In this document: positions 10,723 to 23,478 of the stretch, one piece after another
How positions within the stretch are numbered: the stretch's first letter is position 1
Layout of the letters: each line of letters opens with the position of its first letter
Assembly (NCBI GenBank): GCA_965202585.1
Contig: CBDBBG010000079.1
Coordinates: 1 to 64,000 of the forward strand
Source: Thalia democratica
Lineage: Eukaryota
Length of the DNA: 64,000 nt
Direction of reading: 5' to 3'
The notes under the pieces: generated by a model
Databases searched by the model: none
What the model was told of the DNA's origin: nothing
The model's input: only the letters and a program-made list of their open reading frames with translations
Made by a program: the position numbers and the translations under genes

Positions 10723-13459
10723 CTGTTGGGTTGGGATTAATTATATGTTGGTAATTAGTAAACTGTATACCAGGGTTTCCAAAACTATTTTTTTCAAACT
10801 GCCCCTTTTAAAGAAATTGTATAACTATTGCCCCTCCAACTAGATTACTCTAAAACTACCATTTAAAACTCCTAAGACCTTTTTTTGTTTTTCCTCTTGA
10901 TCTGTAACTCAAAAATGTCTAGTGTAGGTTTCAAAATCGCCCCCCAACTTATTAAAATCGCTCCCATGGTTTACATTTTGTTTAAACATTGTACAAAGAT
11001 TTTTATCGATTCTTTATTCGTTTAAAAAAGAACCTTGTTTATTAGAGCTTGGTGAAAATAAAAATTAAACAAATATTTTATTCACATCAATAATAAGAAA
11101 AGTTTTTTTACCATAATATTTTTCAATCAGGTTTTTGCCCGTTGTTAATTTTTTCAGCTCAGCGTTGATAATAAATAGAAAAAAAAAAAGTTTATTTAGT
11201 TTAACCACATGAGTTCTAATTTTTAATAGTGGCCAATGTAAATAACCTTTTAAATAATTTATCACCATATCAATTCTAAGTAGATCGAAGTACTTAACAA
11301 TTCGACTATGCTATATAACTAGTTAGCTTTAGATAAAATCTTTTTTTATAAGCCACTTTAGCAGTATAAGCAATCTAATAAATTTTACCATTGCGTTTAA
11401 TGGGAACTTTAAATGAATAAACTTGTATGTTTGTTTGTTAAAAAATTAAACAACACTATATAGTTTTAATATTTCTACACTAAAATATCTTAAGCTATAG
11501 CTTTGTGTTGAGTATTTAAAGGACTTTTAGTTTGTAAAATTTAGTTGTTAGCAACTCTCATATTATTAATTAACCAAGCCAATTAGAAAAAAAAATGTAC
11601 CAATAAACCTCTAATTAAAGTTCAGACTATAAACTATAAGTATTGTATGAACTTAATTTGCTTATATCATTATCTTGAAACATAGTTATTAGCTATAATT
11701 CAGATTATATAACTAACCAAAATTACACATTTGTAAAAAGATCTAAAAAGTATTTTTAAGAACTAAGAACTTTAAACAAATTAAATACCTATTAGCAGTG
11801 TCAAAAAATTTAGAACATGATGATAGTAAATTCTTGTATTAGCGTATACTTTAATTATAAAATGATGTATAATAAAGTTCTTTGATTTAGATTATAAAAC
11901 TAGTTAATTAAACGAGTTCTAAAAATAAGCTTAATTATACAGATATCTCTTTGATAAATTAAAGCTACTAAGTTGTGTAAAAATTTAATTCGTTCGCAAT
12001 TATTTTATACAAATTTAATATCTATAAGCTGTGTTTTTATACAAAAAACGTGATATTACTGTAAAATTAAATCCTTACATTAGCGTGTATTTAAATTGTT
12101 GAATGATCTAATGACAAAGTTTTAAAATAGTTAATTAGAGAAACAACATTAAAGATTTTAACTTGGTTTTTTTAGCTTTCTATAAACTTTTAAAAACTTG
12201 CATATGTTACTAGACTTAGATCTTTAAAAACTGCTTAGAAAACAAATTAAACCCAATAAAAGTTTTAAAATACATATAAAACGATTAAACAAAATTTTAT
12301 TTGTAGTATTAAGCTAAAAATTGTAATATAACAAATGATAATTATTAAAAAAATTTAAAAAACTTAAAAAGTCATAAGACTACCGCGTATTTTGAACAGA
12401 CATTACAAACAAAGTGTTTAAAAGTAAAGTTTCTAATAAACATTGGAAAACATCGAAAATGTATTTTACACTTTTACGTGCTCTGATATGTATTAAACTG
12501 TTTGAAAATTAATTAATAAATTAATAATTAATTCAATAATAATTAAAAACAGTCCATGTGAAACTTTGTAGTCTTATCCTTATTACATGGTGGCCGCTGG
12601 TTTTTTAGAAGTTTTTCCAGGTTTTTGGGTCCACTTTTAGTTTAGAGATAAATTAAAGTTTAAAAAATGTGTTAAATAGTATTAAAACACTGAAAACATA
12701 CTGTATAGCTACTTTCAGTGTGTTTTTAAATAAAATAATACTTGGTCACGAATTTTTTTTTATGTATATGACAGATTTTTCGGGTCTAATCAAAAATTTA
12801 CTACTTAAAATTAAAAGTTGTTTGAAATAACATATTTTTAAAGATTTCTCTCGTTCCAGGTTTTTTCCGGGTTTCTCAGCCTGAATTGTCAAATTCCAGG
12901 TTTCCAGGCAAACACAGCCTCGGTGCCTCATCAGTCAAACAAAACGTAAATTAAAACTGAAACATCTGTTTGTTGAAATAGATGACACGAAGTTGTTTAT
13001 AACTGAAGGTCAGTCGAGGCCATATTAAGCACTCATATTTGCTGAGTCAGCACAAAAAGTAGACGAGTTTGTTGTGGAAGATAGCTTAATCTGAGTATAA
13101 CATTGTTTTGAAACTATTAATTGAATACTTTTTATTTGTTTTTTTCTTTGTATAAGTAGTAAAACAATATTTTACTTCATCAGCAAGGTAAAAGTTAATA
13201 GTTTAAAGTGTTTAATGAAAATTGCTGATAAGTATTTCACCTTTACCCATTATTCTTCGTCTCAAAATTTTTGCCTACATAATCTTTGGTTGAGATGTAG
13301 AAACAATAGAAAAATACTATTTAAATTAAAAAAAAAGTGTAATTTTAGAGATTTAAATATTTTAAGAAACAATGAAGGACCACAATGTTAGGCCTTTGAT
13401 CATTTCAATAGTAAGTTTATATCACACGGTAAAATAATCGAACCACAAAAAAAAAACGA

Positions 13460-15316
13460 TCAAAGTACAACATTAAATTTTTGATATTTAACGCAGTGAT
13501 AATTACGATACAGCTCGAGTTGCTCGAAACTAACATCCTCCACCAATTTTAATCCCTCTGAATCCAAAATAACATAATCAAAGTTGTCAAAAACCGCTAT
13601 TATATTGCTACCAATCACCACGCACTGACAGATGAAATATTTATTCTCAACCCACGGAGCTTGAAGAAGAGCAAACTTCCGCTGAAGAGATCAAAAACCT
13701 CGCAACTTTCTGCTCCACTGATCACGTACATTTTGTTCCCGATGCTCACCGAGGCGTGACCGCTTTTTCCCACCATCATGTCGGGCATGTCACGTGACCA
13801 TTCATCCGCGCAGTGATCGTACGCTTCAACGGATGTCGGATGATCGTATCCTCCTGAAGTGACAATTCTCCCGTTGAATACGGTTGACGCTGCTCCCATC
13901 CTGCAGTGTTTGGTGTCTTCTAGCTTCCTAAAACTTTTAGTGCTGGGATCAAAAAGGACAAAGTTGGTTCCTGATAGGTCACGTTGAAGACGGCTCCTTA
14001 CGGTTCTTGACGCTTTACGGAGTTTTCCCCCTAAAATGTAAATCTTTTCCGCCAAACTGCAAGTTGAAAAATAGCCACAGTTTATCAAAGAATCGGGAAA
14101 CGTTACATGCTCCCAGGATCCAGTCAAAACTGAGTAAGACCGCACCCACAAACTATCAAGTAAATAACCCAAGAAGTATATGATCCCGTTCACGAACTCA
14201 ACAGAGGACACGTAGATATTTTCATCTCTACAAGCGATCTCAGTGAAGGACGAGCAGTTCTCATTTTCCAACCTGATCACGCAATAAGTACGACGAGTGT
14301 TTGCATCAGTAATGCGATCGGTTTGTGTACTGTGTGCAACAGACTTGCTGCCGCAAAGTGCCACCTCAAAACTATCCTGAGCACAATATCTCACTCGACA
14401 GTCGACAGAGCTCGGGTCAAGAGTCTGCACAGTTTTATCGCTGATAGCTTTGAGTATAACCCCCTTACTCTCAGCACATTTTGAAAATGTTTCAGCATCT
14501 AACAATGTAGTCAGAGCAGCAGTTGAGAGCAGAGGTAGACGAATTGTTTTCACCAGACCTATTGTAAGCTTGCTTCTTGATTTTGGATCGTGTTCAATCC
14601 AACTTTTCACAGCTTTTGCTACCTCAAGCTCCGAGGTGATATTCAAGTCTGAACTAGACAAGATCTTCACAAGGAGATCAAAGCTCAAACCGTCCAACAT
14701 TTTATTCTCGGCTAAGTAGCAGAACCACCTTGTAATGAAGTCGAAAGTGCACTTTTGAATTTTCTTGTTGTAGGCAATTTTGGAAAACTGATGGTAGAAA
14801 CAAACGTTGTCAATATTCAGGTCAATCTTGAATGAGTCGAGCAAATGTTGCTTGGCGTTGACGAAATTGAAGAGTTTTGCCACTTTGTTAAGTTTAAAAA
14901 TATTTTCTGTAATTAGCTTCCTATTTCCTAGAAAATTTTAGTTAATTTAAATTTTTATTGTTTAACTAATTAAACATACAATTATAAAACTAGTTAGAGA
15001 TGCGTGCTAATGATTGAATATCTTTTTTATAATTATTAAATAAACATCAAGAAACTTAAGAGCGAATTAAAAAAAAGTTCTTACGTATGTAAAAATATTT
15101 AGAGAAGTTTTTCAATTCACTTTCATCAAAACACGAAACTGCATTTCTCTTGAAACTTTTCACAACATTTTCGTCTTCGGAATTTTCGTTTTCATCGAAG
15201 TTCCTGAGAAACTCTTCACAAAATTCACGGTTCTCAGAGTTCGTGGTTTTTATTTCTTCAACACCAGGTGCGCTCGATGCTTCAATGTTGCCAGTTGTGT
15301 TTTTAAAATTTGACAT
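13460..15316 (-). pseudogene. BTB-BACK-Kelch copy 2, exons 15316-15085 and 14927-13460, 1-nt frameshift at ~13680 (pseudogene or sequencing error)
   Basis: Phase-1 GT-AG intron 15084-14928. aaacttccgctg here vs aaacttcccgctg in copy 4; the shifted frame continues GKFALLQAPW...YHCVKYQKFNVVL* (TGA 13462-13460). Spliced length 1700 nt, one short of a codon multiple. Confidence 0.8.
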
Positions 15317-18300
15317 TTATATATATATTTTAGGTTACTGTCGATAATAAGTTAGTTCTAATATCATTTGTAAAACTGTATATATGACGTTTTATAAAAA
15401 ATACAAGTAAAAATTATATTGATTAGCTTGACGGCAACTGACATTTCATATATTTATTTTAGGTTGCTGTTGATAATAAATTAGATTTAAGTCATTTGTA
15501 AATTTTTATGTTGTATGTTTAACAAATAACAAATATTGAAAGTAGAAATTATATTTATTAGCTTAACGACCAATGATCTAAAAATCAAAATTAATTTATT
15601 TTACTTACTCATAGCCTAAACCATCAAGCTAATAGAAACCTGTGCACACTGAACTGCAAATAAAAATTATGTGCACCCAAAAATCTAATTAAAGAGAGCC
15701 TCTAGTGGCAGGAATACGAAAACACTTTTAATTGATTTCAAAATACGTTCTTACAAACAATTAACTAAACTTTAATCATGTAATCAAACTACATCAACTG
15801 AAAGCTGAGAGCCATATTTACTATATCAAACTAATATCAACTAAAAAATCAAACATATCAACTGATATATTGATCCAATATACTGATCAAATACATCAAT
15901 TATATCAAACTAACATCAACTGAAAGATCAAATATATTTAATCAAGTACCTCAACTATATCAACTGTAGCTTAAATATATAACAACTTTATCAATCAGTC
16001 CTCTTTCTTTATGCAATTTTATTTCTACAGCATTAATTTGGCTTTCCTTTTTCAAGTTTAAATAAAATCATTTCCGCTCACCCTAATAAATACCTAATTC
16101 TATCAAATGTTTTATTAAGAACTAAACACATACATTAAATTTTCAATTAACTTTAACATTATTTTATTATTATTTTCTGTATTTAACATAGATGTTGAAC
16201 AAAAAAGAAAGAACAAACAAATATCAGTTAATTTTCAAGTATGTACATTGTTGCTCTATATAAAATATTACTTGAAGCTGTTATTGTTCATTTCATGTAC
16301 TAAATTTTTTACTTCATAAAGTTCAAGGTTGTTAAAGATTATCACTTCTTTATTTTAAACAATTTTGTTAATTAAGTTATTTCAGACATGAAAATAAAAA
16401 AAAAAGATTTTTATAAGTTTGTTTTAAATGACTTAGTTTTATGTTTATAACTAAAAGTACACTGTTGACACTTCTTTGGGTTGAAAATAAACTCTTTCGA
16501 GTGACTACAACTGCCCTGAGTTCCTTCAAACCTAAACAAAAAATTAAAATTAATAAAAATCTAGCTATTTAACAAAACTAGTTATATATAAACGAAAATT
16601 TAGACTTAATCAACCTTATATCATTTAAATATTTGAAAAAAGTACTGAGATTTTCAGAAATTCTTAAACTATCCTGAGCTATATATAAAAAAATAAAAAT
16701 ATTTCTAATATGCCTGAAAATATTATTATTAAGGCTCAAAAGGTTTTAAATTCAAAAAACTAGCTTAAAATTTAGAATAAAAAATTTTAAACTTAACCTG
16801 ATTACTAAAATACCCTTAACAGTCTAAGGTTTGATTTGAATCTCAAAATACCTCAACTAACTTACATTATTCAAATAACAGAATAAAAACTCACTTGAAT
16901 ACTTAAAATGAATAAAAGCTAACAGTTTTTTATTCTAGTTTTTAGGTTATTAAAACATTTGAAGAACTATAAAAATTTGGAAACACTTGAAACAAAAAAA
17001 TAATTTTCACCATTTTAGAACAAACTTAAACTAAAACACCAAAAAATAATTTCATATTTTAATTAAAGTTTTACTTGGTATTTTCTAAATTACATATCAT
17101 TTTAGTACAAAACATAAAACTATTTTTAAGTCAATTTCAAGAACTTTTGCTAAAAATAAATAGTTAACAATTATTATTGTGAGTTCTTATATTATAAACT
17201 TTCTCATAAAAGTAATAAAGTTAAAACATTATAGTAATAAGAAATAATTTAAGAATAAGGAATAAAGAATAGTTTAAGTTAAATTAAAAATAGTTTATGA
17301 CCTTTTATAAATAAAAGTTGTGCCTTTCTTAAAACCAAAACAAAATCAGTCTGAGTAACCAAAAACAGTTTTAGCAGGGTTGCAACTTGTCATATAAAAG
17401 AAAACTTAAGAACTTAAAACTGTCCTGAGTCATCGTGAGTTTTTGAATTCTTTCGGAATATTTTCAAATATTTGTTTTTAAAAATTTAGATAGGGTTTTA
17501 AAAATCAGTTTTCAAACTAAATTGGCTAAAAAGTATGAGAATGTAAAGCTTAAACAAACAAATCGCATTCAAGATTTTGTTTCTAGATAAAAACTTGAAT
17601 GAAAATTTCTAAAAATTTGAAATAATTCTGAGTTTTCTATAATAAAAAATCAAACTGGCCTAAATTTTTTCTTTATTTCAAACTAGTCTAAATTAGCCAG
17701 AACTATAGCATCATTACAATTTATCATCAAAAGTTCAAAAAATTATTCTAACTAGCTTTACTTATCTTGAGTGTATGGCAATCAAGCATGAGTTACATCA
17801 AACTAGCCTGGGTAATCTTAAGTTTATATAAAAATAAAGGCAAAAAGTAAAATAATTATAAACCTAATCACTCCTTAATATCTCAAATTATCATTATTAC
17901 AATATGGAAAGTTAGATTTAATATTTAAAAACACTTTTCAAAGAAAAATCTCAGTCATAAAAGTATCCGGAGATTTAATAAAAATATCAAAACTATTTTA
18001 AGTTTTGAACAATAAAAAATAAGACATCCTTAGCCAAATTGTATTTTTAAGGAAAGTTTTCCTGGTATGAGTTTGTGGCGTCCCTGATTCATACTAAATC
18101 CTTAAACTGGATATTAACTGATTTTTAACAGAGTAACTATTTTTAAAATTATAAATATTAATCTAAGTAAAAAAAACAGCAAATATTTCATTAAATTAGA
18201 TTGAGACTATCCTGACTTTTGGATAAAAAGAAAACAGTAAACATAACTTCAATTACTGAGAAATGTACAGTTAATCAAGAATAAATTTCTTAAGATTTTC

Positions 18301-21300
18301 ATTAAAATCAAAAGAACTGAACAGATAGAAAGTTATAAATAACTATAAAAATAAGTTTTCAAAATCTGAAACTAGTAAATTTCTCTAGATTAAATTTATT
18401 TTAGAAAAGTTTCCTAACTAGCCTGATATTTTTAAAAAGAAATTCAGAAAAATCTAAGGCAGTCTTAATTTTTCACAAAAGCTTTAAAAAGTTTAAAGAA
18501 ACCTTAGTTTGTGGCAACTCTGTATTAATCTAAACCTATATTTTGTATAAATTTTATACGTACTATTCAAATTCTGTATAAACACAAAAAAACATTAAAA
18601 ATAAATAGTCATTAATAATTTAACTTATTTAAATTAATGTTTGTTAAAAAAAATTAGCTATTATCAAGATGTATTTGTAGATAAGAGTTTACATACTTTA
18701 TTGAAAATAATTTATTAACTTTGCTTTAAGTATAGTAATTAATATTAAGTAAAAATATTAAAGAAACTATTTATATTATAATGTAAGAATAGTTATCTAG
18801 TTTAAAAGGTATAAAATATTAGTTAAATTTTTAAAATTAGTTAAATTGATTAAATAATTGAAATATAATAATTTGAGAAAAAATACTAAAAACAAGAAAA
18901 AATTAGCCCTTTAGTTTAATCCATTTAATTCCCTACCATTATTGTAGTTTGATGACAAACAAAACTTCCTCCATACTCAACCATAGACAATAAATGTAGC
19001 ATCCACATATTTTCTTTACTTGAAAATGTTTTCTTAGCAACATTATGAACTTAAATATGACAATTGAGTTTTAGACTCGAATAGTCTTATGACCAAAATG
19101 GCCATTTTATAAAAAGTCAAATTAAACACAGGGGAAAACGTCACTTTATCGAGATATGGTAAAACTTTAAGGTAAAAATAAAACCTCTCACAGTTATATA
19201 ACTTATTTGTTTTAAATGAAAAATTAAAGTTTAGGTAAAACTTGAGTTTCACATGATTCTCATTACATATAAGTAAAATAAGTTATTTTTAAGGAACTAA
19301 TGATTAAAATACGTTTTAAGTTTTTATAACAATACCTATAAGTATTAACATCTATCATTAATAATTGTGCTAATTAACTTTTGAAACAAAAAAAGTTTAA
19401 AACATCACCTGTTCTTTTAATAAAGTTGAGCTTTAGGAATACAATGTAAAAACTTAGTATCTACTAAAAAGTTTTTTAAATATTTTTACTAAGTTCATCT
19501 ACTAGTGTTAACATGAAGATAAATTTTGAAACTATATCAACTCTATCTATTATAAATCAATAACTACTTTAAATTATTGCTCTTAAGAGAAAAAATATAG
19601 TTTTATATTTTACCTCTAAGTTCCAGTTTTCTACAAAAACTCAAACAAAAAGTTTTGCCAATATTTTATATATAGTCAACAGACCAGTGAAACATATAAC
19701 TTTGATAAATAAATTTTTTATTAGAAATAAAGAATCCAACTGCCAAAACAAGCTATCATAAGTAAATGCTTACTTTAGCGGCTGCAGTTCTAAGGTCGCT
19801 TCTGATTGGCTAATGTTCTTAATTTTATATAAATATATAATTTTTTTGAGAAATATTTTTTATATATTCGGTTAGGGTGTAGATTTTCTTAACATTTTGC
19901 TGTATTATTTCACTTTTCCTCATTTACATAATGTTATGAATGAAAACATTTCAAAAACCTTACAACTACAGCCGACATTTTTATTTTAAGTCATGTTAGA
20001 ATAAAATTAAAAATAATAAAATATATACAACTTACAGATATATTAGTGGTTCTTTCAGTAAAGTTACTCTCTGATCAGAGTTTCCGAAAGTGGACTGTAT
20101 TTGAAATTTAGGGTCCATAAGATGAAAAGGGGCGATAATTTGAAACTTACACTGGATATTTTCGAGTTGAAGGTGAGGAGCATAAAAAAGTCTTATACAA
20201 CATTAGTATAATGAGAATTTTTGTTAAAGGGTGCCATAACTTTTTGGTTTTTTTTAGGCGCCTTCCAAAAAAAGAGAACCCCTATATTAGATCAAAGGTT
20301 TCCCTGTCTTTAATATTATTAGGTATTTCATTTGACACCAGGGGCGTGTTTTGAAAAAGAATTTTTACGAATTTTGAAAAAAATAAGTAGATTACCTACT
20401 AAAAACATTTATTAAGCAGAAAGTTAACATGTGTAAATATATTTTATCGTGCTTTTTTGCTAACTTTTCATCTAATAAACTTAAAAGAACATTAGCTTAA
20501 TATTTTTCTCGTGATATTTTTACACTTAGCACAAAATAATTTAAAATTTATATTTGATATTGAATCTAATTTAAAATTCATAATGTCATATCTGCATTGA
20601 TACTCTTTACTAAGTTACATAAAGTTTGTGAATGCAAATATACTTGTACACTCAAAAATAAAATTTATAAATTCAATCTGCACTTCGTATATGTCAGTTA
20701 CAATAAATTATGTAATTGAAATCGGTATATCGAAAATTTCCACCCGATCAATTCCCCCACAATATTTTCTTATTTTTTATCTGTTCCTTTATTTTTTATT
20801 AGCTATTTATTTACAATTTGTTTATTTATTACCATTACCCCAAACCCTTACCCTTGGTCGGTAAGCGGTTCTCGTTTTTGACCAGGTGGGAAATAATCGC
20901 TTGTTGGAAATGAGCGGTTCCCTTCAAATCGTACCTTATGTTATTTAGAAAAAGAAACATAAACCAATGAAATTTTGATATTACTTTTAATTGTTGTAAA
21001 ATCAAAAGTTGAAATGAAATTGATATCTTATGAAACGATGAAAAAACCACTCAAAAGTATTCGTTCCAATGACCTAGTGTACAATAAAACCTTTTAGTTG
21101 ATGTTATCAAGTCGCATACCACGGATACCTTTTAACGTTTTGTTCGGGACATTAGACACTTACATTGTTTAATAAATTTTCCATTTAAAGCTGCTATAGA
21201 AAAAACTTATTGCGTGAGACATTATTTTTTTAAACTTGTAAATCAAAAAGTCTGTCGGTATGGTTTTCTAAAGTAATGATAATATTTACTTTAATTGGTA

Positions 21301-21632
21301 TCTAACTTAAAAAATTAGTATTTATTGTTTTAACCTTTTTTCAGTTAAAATCTTTTTTAAAGTATCTAGTTTGATCAGTTCATTTTTAGATAGTTTCTAT
21401 GAACATATAACAAAAAAAAAACGTGTTTGTAAAATAAAAAATTAGAAGCTATTTTACATATCCTTATTTGTTATATAAATAAACTACATACTTTTAGTAA
21501 GTTTTTTTTAAATGATATCTTTTGCATACTTTTTTGAGTTAAGCTTTACAAACTTATTCAAAAGAAATAAAACCAAGTTGAAATTTTCATCAATAATTTA
21601 TCTAGCACTACAATACATAAAAAAAAATCACA

Positions 21633-23478
21633 TTATAAAGTTTCCTGAAAAATATTGAGTTTGGGATATTTGACACAGTGATAACAATTACTATCCAGCT
21701 CGAGTTGCTCGAAACTAACTTCCTTCTCCCATTTTGATCTGTCTGAATCGAAAACAACGAACTTGAAAACAACTCGAAAAAAATCAAATTTGTTAGAAAC
21801 CACTATTATCTTGCTGCCATTCACCACGCACTTAGGGATGAAACATGTCCTCTTAGGCCACGGAGCTTGAAGAAGAGCGAACTTCCCGCTGTAGAGATCA
21901 AAAACCTCGCAACTTTCCGCTCCACCGATCACGTACATTTTGCTCCCGATGCTCACCAAGGCGTGAGAAAGTTTTCGCTCCATCATGTCGGGCATGTCAC
22001 GTGACCACTCACCTGCGCAGTGATCGTACGCTTCAACGGATCTCGGATGATCGAAACCTCCTGAGGTGACAATTCTCCCGTTGAATACGGTTGACACGGC
22101 TATCTTCCTCTTGTGTTTGGTGTCTTCCAGCTTTCTAAGACTTTTAGTGCTGGGATCAAAAAGGACAAAGTTGGTTCCTGATAGGTCAGGTTGATGACGG
22201 CCCCTGACGATTCTTGACGCTTTACGGAGTTTTCCCCCTAAAATGTAAATCTTTCCGCCAAACTGCAAATTGAAAAATCATCGCAGTTTATCAAAGAATC
22301 ATCGGGAAACGTTACATGCTCCCAGGATCCAGTCAAAACTAAGTAAGACCACACCGACAAACTATCAAGAAAGCGATCGTAACCCAAGAAGTATATGATC
22401 CCGTTCACGAACTCAACAGAAGACACGTCAATATTTTCATCTCTACAAGCGATCTCAGTAAAGGACGAGTAGTTTTTCTTATCGAGCTTGAACACGCTAT
22501 AGGTACGGAACTTATTGCTGCAAAACGCCACCTCGAAATTATCCTGAGCGCAATGTCTCACTCGACAGTCCACAGAGCTCGGGTTAAGACTCAGAATAGT
22601 TTTATCGCTGATAGCCTTAAGTATAACCCTCTTACTCTCAGCACATTTTGAAAATGATTCAGCATCTAACAATGTGTTTAAGGCAGCAGTTGAGAGCAGA
22701 GGCAGACGAATTTTTTTCACCGTATCTATTGCGAGCTTGCTTCTTGATTTTGGATCGTGTTCAATCCAACTGTTCACAGCTTTTGCTACCTCAAGCTCCG
22801 AGGTGATATTCAAGTCTGAACTGGACAAGATCCTCACAAAGAGATCAAAGCTCAAACCGTCCAGCATTTTATTCTCGGCCAAGTAGCAGAACCACCTTGT
22901 TATGAAGTCGAAAGTGCACTTTTGAATTTGTTTGTTTTGTGCAATGTTGGAAAACTGATGGTAGAAACAAACATTATTAATGTTCAGATTGATCTTGAAT
23001 GAGTCGAGAAAGTTTTGCTTTGCATTGGCAAAATTGAAGAGTTTTGCGACTTTGTAAAGTTTGAAGAAATTTTCGTTGGATAACTTTGCATTGCCTACAA
23101 AAGTTTAGTTATTTCTAATTTAACTAGTTTAATAAAAAAAAAACAGAAGTTATTGAAAGTAGATAGAGATGCTAACTATCAAAAGTATATTTTCTATTTC
23201 TACAAAAAAAACTATCACAAAACTTAACAAAGAGTAAAAAACTCTTTACCTGTACGAAAAAAATCAGAGAAAATTTTCAATGCACTTTCATCAAAACACG
23301 AAACTGCATTTCTTTTGAAACTTTTCACAATTTCGTCTTCGGAATTTTCGTTTTCATCGAAGTTCCTGAGAAACTCTTCACAAAGTTCACGGTTCTCAGA
23401 GTTCGTGGTTTTTATTTTTTTAACAACAGGTGCGCTAGATGCTTCAATGTTGCCAGTTGTATTTTTAAAAGTTGACAT
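21633..23478 (-). pseudogene. BTB-BACK-Kelch copy 3, exons 23478-23250 and 23094-21633, 1-nt frameshift at ~22255 (pseudogene or sequencing error)
   Basis: 155-bp phase-1 intron 23249-23095. ctttccgcc here vs ctttcccgcc in copy 4 splits the exon into ORFs 22238-22882 and 21633-22268. Spliced length 1691 nt. Confidence 0.8.

Larger units (their letters stand above)
1..10900 (+). repeat. Direct segmental duplication, copy A (partner ~53403-63150)
   Basis: Position 1 (ctaaaaactaagaattattctttattac) matches 53403; colinear similarity continues through the Kelch gene, intergenic TIR elements, 61-bp array and five FBXW7 exons. Right boundary approximate. Confidence 0.9.

Noticed and set aside
12895-12940. 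Minus-strand CUGAUGA GGCA..UGCC UG GAAAC hammerhead-like string
   Set aside because: Two extra bases separate stem II from GAAA and no stem III or stem I pairing is evident.
13150-13190. Minus-strand CUGAUGA plus 7-bp hairpin
   Set aside because: No GAAA core after the hairpin.
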